64,000 bases of DNA, taken from positions 6,091,779 to 6,155,778 of the forward strand of contig MU058198.1 in the NCBI GenBank assembly GCA_013265495.1, given 5' to 3'. This DNA comes from Vicugna vicugna (taxonomy: Eukaryota). Positions 1 through 11,102 of the stretch are shown here, piece after piece. The notes beneath the pieces are model-generated. The model searched no databases, had not been told where the DNA came from, and saw only the letters and a program-made list of their open reading frames with translations. Both the position numbers and the translations under genes were made by a program. Numbering within the stretch: the stretch's first letter is position 1; every line of letters begins with the position of its first letter.

Positions 1-180
1 TCTCCTGTATTACAGATCTGTTTCTATACAGAATATTGACCATTAGTATTAAGAAAAGACTAAATTATGTTTAACATACATACGTTTTTTAAAAAGCAAA
101 GAAGTCTTAATCTGTTTTAGAAATATTTTCATATGAAATTATTTTATTTAGGTTTTTGGCTATTTAAAGAGGTGAATTTT

Positions 181-510
181 ACAGACATAGAAAACAAACT
201 TATGCTTACCAGGGGAGAAAGGGGCCAGGTGGAGGGATAAAATGAGATTTTGGGATTTGCAGATACTAACTCATATATATATATATATATACATATATAA
301 TAGATAAACAACAAGGTCCTACTATATAGCACAGGGAACTATATTCAACACTTTGTAATAAGCTATAGTGAAAAAGAATATGAAAAGAAATATATACATA
401 CATATATATATACATATATACACACACACACACATATATGACACTACCACTATGCTGTACACCAGAAACTAACACAACATTGTAAACTGACCAGACTTCA
501 ATTTTAAAAA
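181..510 (+). mobile_element. 5'-truncated L1 3' end (cetartiodactyl/camelid type) with internal (TA)n/(CA)n
   Basis: Shares sequence with the copies at 19516, 37143 and 59021; short A tail; 15-bp TSD AAAGAGGTGAATTTT (166-180, 511-525). Confidence 0.9.
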
Positions 511-2920
511 AAAGAGGTGAATTTTCCATAAATAGAAAATTAATTTTGTTTTGTTATATGAAGGCGTTATTATATTAAGGAAATGAATATGCATCCTTCG
601 TATTTGGTTTTCTCACTTTAGTCACATTCAAAAACTGTCTCAAACTTGAGAAAAAACAATTCAGAGAAAACAGGGGCATGTAGGAGAGAATTTCTTATTC
701 AATATGACTTGAAAAAAAAATTATGCTTAAATTCAAGAGAAGAGTTGAAGTATATAGTGGTAAGTGGAAGAGGATGTGGACCTGGACCCATGAGCTTAGG
801 CCAGCTTCAGCTCACCAGTGTGTTTCATTGGCTGGCCTGCTGTTGTGCTGTCATCATTATTGCTGTTCTTTTATTTCGAATTCGAAAATGTTTATTATAA
901 GTATGCACCTTTCAGTTTGCCCTGGTCCGCACCACTCCCTATTGTATGACAGCGGGACTACATTGCCATTTCAGGCTATGTTCCATCTGCTGAAGATGCT
1001 GGAGCTTGTGGCTTCTGTTTTAGAAAGTAAAAAGAGCAAGTGACTGGGACTCAGCAAGTCTGGAGAGGGTAGTTGGGGCTTTTCTAGAAACTCTGTGAGT
1101 TTCTAGAAGCTCATTGTTTAAGTCACACTCTTTCAGAGCCCATTGCCTCTCCTATGACAAAAGATGGGGGGGTAGGTTGGATATTTCCTGTGCCTGTCAG
1201 CTCTGAAATTGGAAACCCCAGGGAGGAGTTGATAGGTGTTCCCATATTGCAAAATCTCCGGGAGCAGAGGACACATAATAGTTCGTGGAGCCCCCACTCA
1301 TCCAAGGACTATTTCTGTAGGCTGTTTGCAAGTTACATATTTAAGGCTTGAGACACCCTTCCCCCACCCCAGATCTAAGCTTTGTGATGGCAGAGATGTG
1401 TGCTACCTCAGTGGCTGCTGTGTCTCTGTTCCCTAGAAAAGCGCCTGGCATGGAGTTAGTTTGCAAATCTTTGTTAAGCAAGTGAATTGAGGAACTGATT
1501 GAATCAATAAGTGAGAGTGGCAGCGATGTTGCTGAGGTGCCCTGGCCAGTCCACACAGTGCTGAGTTCAGTCGTCACATCACTAAGTCATAATTATGGTG
1601 ACAGTATTTCCCAAACTATGAATCAGGACACATAGTCTGACAAAGAATTTTTGTGCTACTTAGGGTAGAAGAGTCAGTTTGGGAGATGTAGTTTGGATTC
1701 TGAAATCTTGGGATTTCTGGCAGACAGTGCTAATTAAAATGAGTATTTTAAGTGCTGTGAACGAGGTTAACAGTGAGGTAACAGGTGGGATGACAAGCAC
1801 AGCACTTGGCCTGGGCAGCAGGGCAGGGCAGGGCAGGGAGTGGTGGGTACACAGGAACAGTCTACACAGCTTGGCTGACTGTCATCATGTGGAAATAGGG
1901 GCCTGGTGGCTTTCCATTTTTAAGGGAAGCCAAATAAGTATCTGGGTTTGATTGTGTTCAGTTTCACCCGTTTTGTTTGTTTGTTTGTTTTTGTTTTTTT
2001 GTTTTTAATGTTGGTAACTAATTCACTATTTTCTGTGGCCCAAAGTATGCCTGCTGGCCAGATTTGGTCTTTAGACCACAAACGTGCAACTTTTGATTTA
2101 GACTATGAAAGCTTTGTTAGCTCCTGACAAGAGAGGAGGAAGAGGTTTTTATCCTTGCCAGTGGCATTTGAGTTAGCCCTTCTGGTACCCAGAACCATCA
2201 AGGGCATGGTGTCCTGAATGTCGCTGGATAGCTCAGACCAAAGGACCACTTGGCTGATGATATTAGGCAGGGCCTTAGCGGGTGGGTCAGACAGCACAAA
2301 GCCAGCTGAGTGGGAATAATTCAGGGACGAGCACGAGTGGTTCATGTGGGGTGATGCTGAATGAGCACTAAATACCCATGAAATGCAGGTCCAAAGCTGA
2401 GGGATGTAGTGATCCCTTCACTCAGTTGAGCATTTCTGTAAGTAAAGATACTGAATGGTGTTTGACTTCCTAAAGCATCTTTTTCAGTCTTAATGAAAAT
2501 TAAAAAATAACATCTGAATCAATATTGGAATAAAAATATTTTTATTTCTTGCATTTGTAGCCTTCTTAGAATTTCTTAGGTATTTTCACATTATTTTGTA
2601 TCGTTTTATATAACATCAAATATATGAGTGCTTTCTCATTCGGAAAGATTCAAACAGTTAAGAAGTAAACTCAGTAAAATATGAAAAGCTCTCTCTACCA
2701 AATCAGGCCCAACCTTCAGTTCTGTTGAGCATGTATTCTTGATTAATTTTGTTATTCATTCATTCATTTATTGTTTTCTGTTTCAGTTCATTTCTACTTT
2801 TATCTTGAGTCCCTTGCTAAATTTTTTGGTTTAATGTATTGCTTTCATTCTCCCCCACCCCCATCCCATAACCTGGCTTCTTAATTTAAATGTTTAATTC
2901 ACTTTTTTCCATCTTGTCTT

Positions 2921-3075
2921 CTTTTTTTTAACATTTTTTATTGATTTCTAATCATTTTACAATGTTGTGTCAAATTCCAGTGTAGAGCACAATTTTTCAG
3001 TTATACATGAACATATATATATTCATTGTCACATTTTTTTCTCTGTGAGCTACCATAAGATCTTGTGTATATTTT
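2921..3075 (-). mobile_element. Young camelid-type L1 3' end fragment inserted in an older L1
   Basis: Poly-T, TTTATT, then cattttacaatgttgtgtcaaattccagtgtagagcacaa; near-identical to 59908-60058. Confidence 0.85.
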
Positions 3076-4400
3076 TCTAATACAACACTTTTAAGGCTGT
3101 ATATTTTCCTCCAAATACTGCTTTGTCCTTATCTCACAAATTTTGCTGTATGTGTAATGTTTTCCTTGTCATTTATTTCTATTGGTTTGTGATTTTAGGA
3201 TTTTTTTTTTCTCTGTATTTTTTGAAGAGTTTTTACAAATGTTCTAAGTAGAGTTTCTGTGTTAATTTCTAATTTTACTACACTATGATTAGAGATTGGT
3301 CTGTTTGGTTTTTGTTGTTTTGGAAGTTTTGGAGATTTTTGTTTGTAGTCTACTGGATCATTTTTATGAATGTTCCATGGTATTTCAAAAAGAGTAATCA
3401 TTCTCTTTTTGGTGTAATATTCCCAGTATGTCTATTAAATTAAGCTATTAATTGTGTTATTTAACCTGGAGATCATGTTATCTCCCAGTATAGTCCCAGA
3501 ACACTTACATCAGACTCACTTTGGCTTCTTATTAAAAATGAAAACTTTCACACCCCACTCAAAGATACAGAACTAGGTTGGAGTGTGCAGAATCTGCATT
3601 TTTCATAAGGCTTCCAGGAAATTCTTATGCTCATTTGCAAACCACCGTAATATAGCCCTTCATAATTTTTGCCTATTTAATCTGGGTGATTTCTGTGAAC
3701 TTGTCGATTTTCCCTTATATTTCTCTGTTTTTGCTGTGTATGTTTAAAATCTCTGTCATTGTATGCATATAGAGCCAAGATGTTCTCTAATAGATTCTTT
3801 CTCTTATCTATAGATCTTTGTCCCATTTAAAGCACTACATGGGCCTTTCAGTATACGGGCTTATGTCTTTGGCATTGGAAAATGTTCATTTACTGTTGTT
3901 ATTATTGTTTGTTTTATTTTTCCATTGTTTCTGTTCTATCCTCTGGCGCTTCTCTTGGACAAATACTTGCTCAGATCTATCCTCTGAGTCTCTTAATTTT
4001 TCATTTGCATTATCCTTTTTGTCTTTTTATGTTGGTGTTCTTATGAAATTGTTTGGCTTTAATTTCTAGCACCCTTGATTAGTCTCCTTTTAGCTCTTTC
4101 TGCTGCTTAGTTATCTTTTTAAAAATGTTAATGATAAAATGAAAACTTAAGATCTCTAGTTGTTTCTTTTTCATGGTGAAAATGTCCTCTCAAATCTCTC
4201 CAGGGATATTAATTTTCAGTATTCTAAAGTCTTTCTCTATGAACGCTCTTAAATTGGGTATTATTTCTTTTGTCTGTTAAATTTGGTGCCAATCTTCAGG
4301 GGTTTTGATTTTCCTTAAATGTTTGGTCGTTCTTACTTGTCTGCTCCTCTTGGTATTTGAGAATCCCACTTCCTCTGCCTGTTCTGTTTGATGTACCCTG
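3076..4400 (-). mobile_element. Old L1M remnant (ORF2 endonuclease region and upstream), interrupted by MER5
   Basis: Minus-strand ORF 3195..3401 contains an SNHSVVKLEIN segment resembling L1 ORF2 SDHNGIKLEIN; T-rich composition; boundaries approximate. Confidence 0.65.
3466..3648. mobile_element. MER5-type hAT DNA transposon remnant
   Basis: gaatctgcatttttcataaggcttccaggaaattcttatgc...aaaccac resembles the MER5 end. Confidence 0.6.
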
Positions 4401-5201
4401 ACTCTGGTGATTGTGGGGTTGGGGCACAACCCTTTGGAATGCTCCTGAAAGCTATGTGCCTTAGCTTCTTTTCCATGTATGGGAGCTCCTGGTCTACCAT
4501 GGGGACAATGACCTCCTGGGGCATTGCCCTGCCTTCCTGCCCCAGTGCCCACACTCTAGGTGGCAGCCTGTGGTGAGCACCTCTGCACTTAATGCAGCTG
4601 AGGAGGGGCCAGCAGCCCAAAAAGCAGCCCCCAGTGAACACCCCAGAGCTTCCTCGAACTCCACCTTGACTCTGGGCTCAACTTACACACATGCACGCAC
4701 GCACACACACACACACACAGAATTCCTTCTATGGAAAATTTTACTGCTCTGTTTTGGCCCGTAGTTTCCTCTGCTTTTACTTCTTCATGGATGTGATCTC
4801 TGCTCTCTTGCCTTCAGGAATTCCTCAGAATTTCTAGTGGTCCAGCAGCATTCTGTGTTGTTTGGTTTCTATCCTCCAGCCCTATACAGTTTCCTTTCCT
4901 TGACCCCTCCGCTCTGGGCAGGCTCAGGTGAGGCAGCCACGGCACACTGATGCCACAGGGTCTGCCCAGGGCCTCCCCGCCAGGAAAGGGTGGGGCGCCG
5001 GTACCCCTCTGCTTTCTGAGTCTGTGCTCTTCCTCTTCCATCACTCCACTCCCTAAGACAAGGGTGGCTTTCTTCTTCATAATAGTTCAAGACTGAACTC
5101 TGGGATGCTTCATAAATACATTTAGCTTTGAATGAAAATCAGTGAAAGAAAACCCAAGGTTTGATGGGGCCAGTAAGAAAGTATCAGAAAACCAAAAACA
5201 T

Positions 5202-5313
5202 GTGCTCACTTTGGCAGCACATAAACTAAAGTTGGAACTGTACAGAGAAAATCAGCGTGGCCCCTGCCCAAGGATGACATGCAAATTCATGAAGCATTCT
5301 GTATTTTTTTTTT
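5202..5313 (+). pseudogene. Full-length U6 snRNA retropseudogene
   Basis: Aligns end to end with U6 (GTGCTC...ACAGAGA...GGCCCCTG.CAAGGATGACA.GCAAATTC...TATTTT) with about 15 substitutions, several at CpGs. Flanked by a perfect 15-bp TSD AGAAAACCAAAAACA (5186-5200, 5316-5330). Confidence 0.95.
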
Positions 5314-6439
5314 AAAGAAAACCAAAAACACTGCATAGGTTCTGGAAGCTCAGGTGTAATTCAAATTTTCCTATCCATAGTTCCATCAGAATTGATGTCG
5401 GGAAATGTGATTTTAAAAGTACACAGTGTGGACCCTAAAGTTAGGGCTCAAGTCACTTTATTCTGGGAAGTTTGTGATCTCGATGCAACCAAGCTTGAAG
5501 TGTGGGCTGCTGAGCTTTGGATATGGGTTCTTGACACTCATTATACTTGTTAATTTTTTATGAAATGTTGTCTTCGTTGTCAGATGATAAATTCCAGGGG
5601 AACAGGGACTCTGTCTTATTCATCACTCTATACCTAGCCCTTAGCAATCAGACCTACTTAAGGGGGCAAATATATTCAATAATGAATGAATGAATGAAAA
5701 GAAGAATAAAGTAGTTAATTAACCCTCAGTGCAGGGTAAAAGTCCTTTCTGGGCCAGGCAGGTTAATATATGTAAAATGGCTCCGATAATACAGTAGGAG
5801 TTAGTGGGAATTATTGCAGCTAACCGTGCACGCAACTCCCAATTTTGTAAAATTGCCGATCAAATGAGAGACATTATTGGGGGTTGGCTGTGCATTCGTG
5901 ACCTCTGCCCCAGAGTCTGCTGCTTCCTCTTGAGGACTCCTTTAAAGTGTCCATTGTGGCTTCATGGTCTAAACATCCGATCTTATAGGCAATGTCAATA
6001 GAGTCTGAGAAATAAAGAAAAATAGGCTGTCACCTCAATGTTAAATTTGCTGTAAAAACTAGACCTCTGTTACAGCAATCATGAAACACTAATTCATAGC
6101 TATTATCTCATTGCATCCCTTCAACAACCTTGTCAGGTTGTCAGGGCATATTTTCCCATGTGAGAGGTGGGGGCTTGAGGCTCAGAGACATGCTTGGGGA
6201 CGTAGACGTAGCTGTTCCCCTTTCTAAGTGTAATTAGAGGTTGAATGCTTCATCCACTAACACCTAACATACACTTAAACACGATCAGTGGCTTCCTGGC
6301 AGCTTTGTGTCAAAAGGTCACACAGGCGGGTTTCATCAGTTTCGTGTAAGCCAGTGCACAGTCGCCGAGCACCTGGCTTTCATCTCGCTCTAGAGACTAC
6401 TGGCTTCCAAGGCATTGGTGCCGGGCATGAAACAAATGT

Positions 6440-6665
6440 GGGCACAGGATGAAGAGCCTGGACTTTGGAGTCAGACGGTCCTTCATCCAAACCTTGGCTC
6501 TGCCATTGCTAGCCGTGTGACCTTGGGCTGCTACTTAAGTGTTCTGAGCCTTTAAGATAAGGATTCCCACACACAGGGGTGGTGGGAGGCTGCAGGGAGA
6601 TAAGGTGCAGAGAGCGGTTAGCTTGGTGCCTGATATGTCACAAAAGCTTTGTAATTCGTAGCTGG
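6440..6665 (+). mobile_element. MIR SINE
   Basis: ggactttggagtcagac...ctctgccattgctagccgtgtgaccttggg...cttaagtgttctgagcct core. Confidence 0.8.
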
Positions 6666-7695
6666 GTTACAGTCATCTAGTTTCACTCTTTCCCTTAGCC
6701 CTGCAGAAGAGAGGAAGATCAGGCATGTAAGGCACTGATTCACTGACCATCAAACCCCAGCCATGTTTTAGTCACTGGTCTGGCATCCACCCCTCCCTCC
6801 CTCCACCTCCTCCCTGGCCCTCTCGAGAGGAGGCCAGTTTGTATGCAGTCCCATCACCCACTCTCCACCTTTGCAGCCTGGCCTCCATGCAGAAGGCTTT
6901 CTGTTGAAAGGGCTTGAACTTCACATTTTCAGGGCTGAGCATCGAAATTGCATATAACAAGGTTTTAAAGCAAAGCCATAATAAGTTTTCACAGAGGACT
7001 TTCTGGATGGCAGCTTCAAAGCAACTGGTAGATCTCCCAGCATGGGGTCCCTTTGAAGTCTCGGCAGGTTGGCTTTCAAAGCGACTAACCCAAGGTTAGT
7101 CTTTCTTTCCAGATGGAAAGGCTTTGCGCAGCTTTCTTGAGGGAATGTGACTACTTACTTAGTCTCCCCTTTGCCCCGGAATAGATGGTTTTAGATCACA
7201 TAGGCATTGTAAGGGCCTAGGTTCCTGAAATTTGCTCACCCTGTGTGAGCAAGTGTATTATTTTCCTTTGTGAAGAAGATAGTAGCTATGCAGAATCTAG
7301 GCTTCATATATATATACGTGTATGTATATATGTATATATTTGTAAATAAAATGATAGCATTTAAATTTGCATTAATTTGACAGAAGCAGAACCAAATTGG
7401 AACAGAAGAAACTACTGGCATTCAAATTTCATTTTCACAAGAGAGATTTCTTGAAATTTCCCATCAGTTTAATAAATTATGAAAATATATTAAGAGGTCG
7501 GAGTTGCCATTTTTTAAAAATAACTCCGTGTTTCCGTTTAAGATGGTTGTGAATTGACTAATCTGCTGTGGAAAGTGAGGCTGGGGGTGCACCCACACTG
7601 CCTGCCCTCTTCTGGTTTTTGTGAGCTTAGCTAAGATCTTAGGTTTAGAACATTACATTTCCGTCCATAACCCGGCTATACACAGCTGTCCATTA

Positions 7696-8023
7696 CACTT
7701 GACCCTTAAACAATAAGGGTTTGAACTGCTCAGGTCCACTTGAATGTGGATTTGTTTTTTGAATAAATGTAGTTCCTGTATTTTCATTTTACAGATCTTT
7801 AACTAAGTTTGGGGAAAAGTTTGTGTTGAATTAGAGATCACAGTATGTTAGATCAAGAGGACTGGGGTCTGTGTTCTCTTCTATCCAGCCTGTCTCAGCT
7901 TCCTGCCCTTGGGTGAGCCATTTGTCAGTTCCTTTGTTTTTGAAGCAGAGAGAGCAGCACATGGATTTTCGACTGCGTGGGAGGTCAGTGCCCCCAGCCC
8001 CCCTGTTGTTCAAGGGTCACCTG
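7696..8023. mobile_element. Tigger2-like non-autonomous TcMar DNA transposon
   Basis: Terminal inverted repeats CACTTGACCCTTAAACAA / TTGTTCAAGGGTCACCTG with TA on both sides. Confidence 0.88.
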
Positions 8024-8994
8024 TATTTCTTGAGTCTCTAAACGACTTCAGTGTCCACCGTTAGACCTGTTATCACAGCTTCTCCTGGTCTGTGTTCTTT
8101 ATTTTGATTTTACTTTTCATTGTTTGGATTTCAACATTTAGAGGATTTTTCCAAGAAGGACTTACAGGCGCTGTGTTGATACTCCCTGACGTTCTTCCTG
8201 TTGAGATTGGTGGCCTGTAACTTTTACATCTGGACCACTCGACTGGATCCAGGGTTAGATGCCTCCCCATCATCCGCCGGCATCAAGCGCCGCCGATCAC
8301 CAATTTCTGAGTCACTCTTCTGGGAACAAGATGTGTTCCAGGGCTAGAGATCAGTGACTTTTCAGACAGCTAGCTGTTCAGGGCCCTCCACACCACTGCT
8401 CCTACCACTCCTGTAGGGAATTCGTTTTATTTTCAGGAGTAAGGAACAGGATTTAAACATAAATGTAAAAAAAAAAAAAAAAAACCTAAAAAAAAAAACC
8501 ACAACAAAATAAAAAATAAAGAAGAATATTAAAAAAAATGTAAACACCTAATTTTTTCTAATTATAAAACTGGAGACAGGCTTATAATAAAAAATTAAGT
8601 AGCAGAAAACCATTCCTATAATGCCACCCCAAGAGAGAACAGTGTTAATAGTTTGATGTTTATTTTCCCAGATTTTTTGTGTGCCTGTGTGTACACATTC
8701 TAATATAATAATTCTCTTTAAAATCAGATTTATAATCTATGTACATTTTTCAACATGCTTCTTTTTCCTTGAACATACATCTTGCTATCTTTCTGAGTAA
8801 GTGCACGGTATTTACCTCCCTCTCTGTAAGCGCTGCCTGAGGCTCCGTTGACTCCCGGGCTATTAATAATTTAACCCATCCCTGACTGATGAACAGGCAG
8901 ATCATTCCATGTAATAAATGATGCCTCACCGGGCTTTGTAGACTTAAGACTGAAGGATAAATTCCTAGAAGGGCTGAGTTGGAGGGTACACATG

Positions 8995-9650
8995 TTGTTA
9001 ATTTCTAGTCAGCCATTTCTGTCATCTCTGCCTCCAAAATATGTCTCAAAATGCATCTTGCATCCCCATCTCTGCTGCCACCTTCATCTTCACCTGCTAC
9101 CGCAGCTGCAAATGTCATCCTGTTTCTGTCATGTCCCTGCCTCTGAAAATCCACTTTGTGTCCAAGAGTCATAGTGATCTTTAAGGAGAGAAATCCGATA
9201 ACGTTGTATTTCTGCTTAGCACCCTTCAGTGGCCTCTCATTGGGCATAAAAGAAAATTCAGACCCTGCTCCGAGACCTACAAGGCATTGGCTGTGTGACC
9301 CCTCCCATGGCCCGCGTGATCCTGTCCGGCTCCCTGCCCTCCCCTCCTTTGGTGCACGCCGCCCTCCGGCCATTGCCACCTCCCTGCCTTCGCCTCTGCT
9401 GTTCCACCTGACAGACTAGCACCCCAGACACTGGCCGTTTTTTCATCAGCCAGCCTTCCCTGACCAACTCCTAACAGAGCCTCCCTCACTCTTTGTCCAA
9501 TCACCCAGGCAGACTCTCCTCCCCAGTCCCGACCACATCCGAAATGCCCCCGTTTCTTTTTCTTTATGCTTTGATGGCCCGAGGCTTGGCCATCTTTCTC
9601 CCCACCATTACCTCAGCTCTGAGCACAGAGCATGTGTGAACGGATGAGTG
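8995..9650. mobile_element. L2 LINE remnant (3' region)
   Basis: ccttcagtggcctctcattgggcataaaagaaaattcagaccct...ccttccctgacc pattern shared with the L2 at 31780-32640; edges approximate. Confidence 0.65.
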
Positions 9651-10584
9651 ACGGTGGTTCCCCCATCATCTTCCCCATTGGCTGGACCACTGCAGAATGT
9701 AAGTGAGGCTCTTCTACTCTTGGGTAATCTCGAAGGAGCAGGGTTGCAATGGCTCAGGGCACGAGCAAGTCACGACTCTGCCACTTAATCATTGTGACAA
9801 ATTGAACCAGCTTAAAGGCTTTAGGCCTCAGTTCTCCAACCTGGAGGGGACTCCCAAAATTCAGTCACTTAAAAGATGGGGTTGCAACATTGTGAAGGGT
9901 TCTTAGCATCCTAATGCCTCATCCAAATCCTTCCTGGAACCAGTGATGAGTGATGGCTCCACTCTGCCTCAGACACCAGGAGGGATGATTCCGGGCCCCG
10001 GGACTGACCAGGACTCCTGGACAGTCACGGAGTCTCCTAGCTGGGCATCTCCCAGTCCGCTGGTACCCATTTTTTATCATTTTTGATCCACAGTGACCGG
10101 GCAAGAATACAGGGGATGCAGCAGCAGGGATCTGCCCCCTGTTTTCTGGCCGAGCCTGGCCTCCACCCCTGTAGAACACAGAACTGAAGATGACCCCATT
10201 TGAGATGGGGGCTGGGTCTAGAACGGGAGCCAGTTGCTTGTCCTGTTTTCACAGGAGTTCATGTTATCATTAGAGCATCAAATGAGAGAAGGAGTTAAAC
10301 ATGTTCTGTAAAGTACAGAGCATTATTTCACTGCAAAGGATTACTAGCTTTACAATCACCGAAATTGCTGCTAAACAGCAGGCCACCCAGGAACTCGTGT
10401 TTCCCTGTGGAGGAGCAGTAAATCTGTTCGCCCTCCAACTGCCCACCACGGTCAGACTTTGAAGACATGAGCCATGACCTCAGTCTGGCTTCCATGGAGG
10501 TTACATGGATCATGGTAATGCACTCAATGAGAAGACTTTGTTATCTTTTTAAATGCCATTGGGGAATATGTGCTCTCTTTAATA

Positions 10585-10800
10585 TAGGGTTTTTCAGTCA
10601 CACCACTCTTGACATTTAATCAGATAATTCTTTGTTGTGGGAACTGTCCAGAACATTCTAGGATGTTTAGCCTTATCCCTGCCCTTTACGTACCAGTTGC
10701 CACCAGCCCTACCTTCCCCCAGTTGTGACCAAAAATATCTCCAGTAATTGCCAAATATCCCCAGAGGGGGAGCAAAAATCGTTCCCAGTTTGCACCACTG
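10585..10800. mobile_element. MER20 hAT DNA transposon, full length
   Basis: gataattctttgttgtggg...ccccagttgtgaccaaaaatatctccag...ccactg; 8-bp TSD CTTTAATA at 10577-10584 and 10801-10808. Confidence 0.9.
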
Positions 10801-11102
10801 CTTTAATAAAACAATTCAGTGAGGCTGGGATTTGTTATCCCATTTTTATGAATGTCAAAATGTAGATCAGAGAAGTTAAGTAACTTGCTAAGAGTCACAT
10901 TGCTAATGCTGCCTCTAAGGCAGGTGGGTCCTCTCCAGCCCTGCTTACAGCTTCTCCCCAGCCACTGGTGTAAATTAGTCACTCAGCAAATACTTGTCAA
11001 GCATCTACTGTATGCCAGGCAGTGTTCTATTTGCTCAACAGATATCACTGGTACTTGATACTGGGCAGGGTGGGAAGGAGAAAGCTGTAAGAGACGGATG
11101 GC

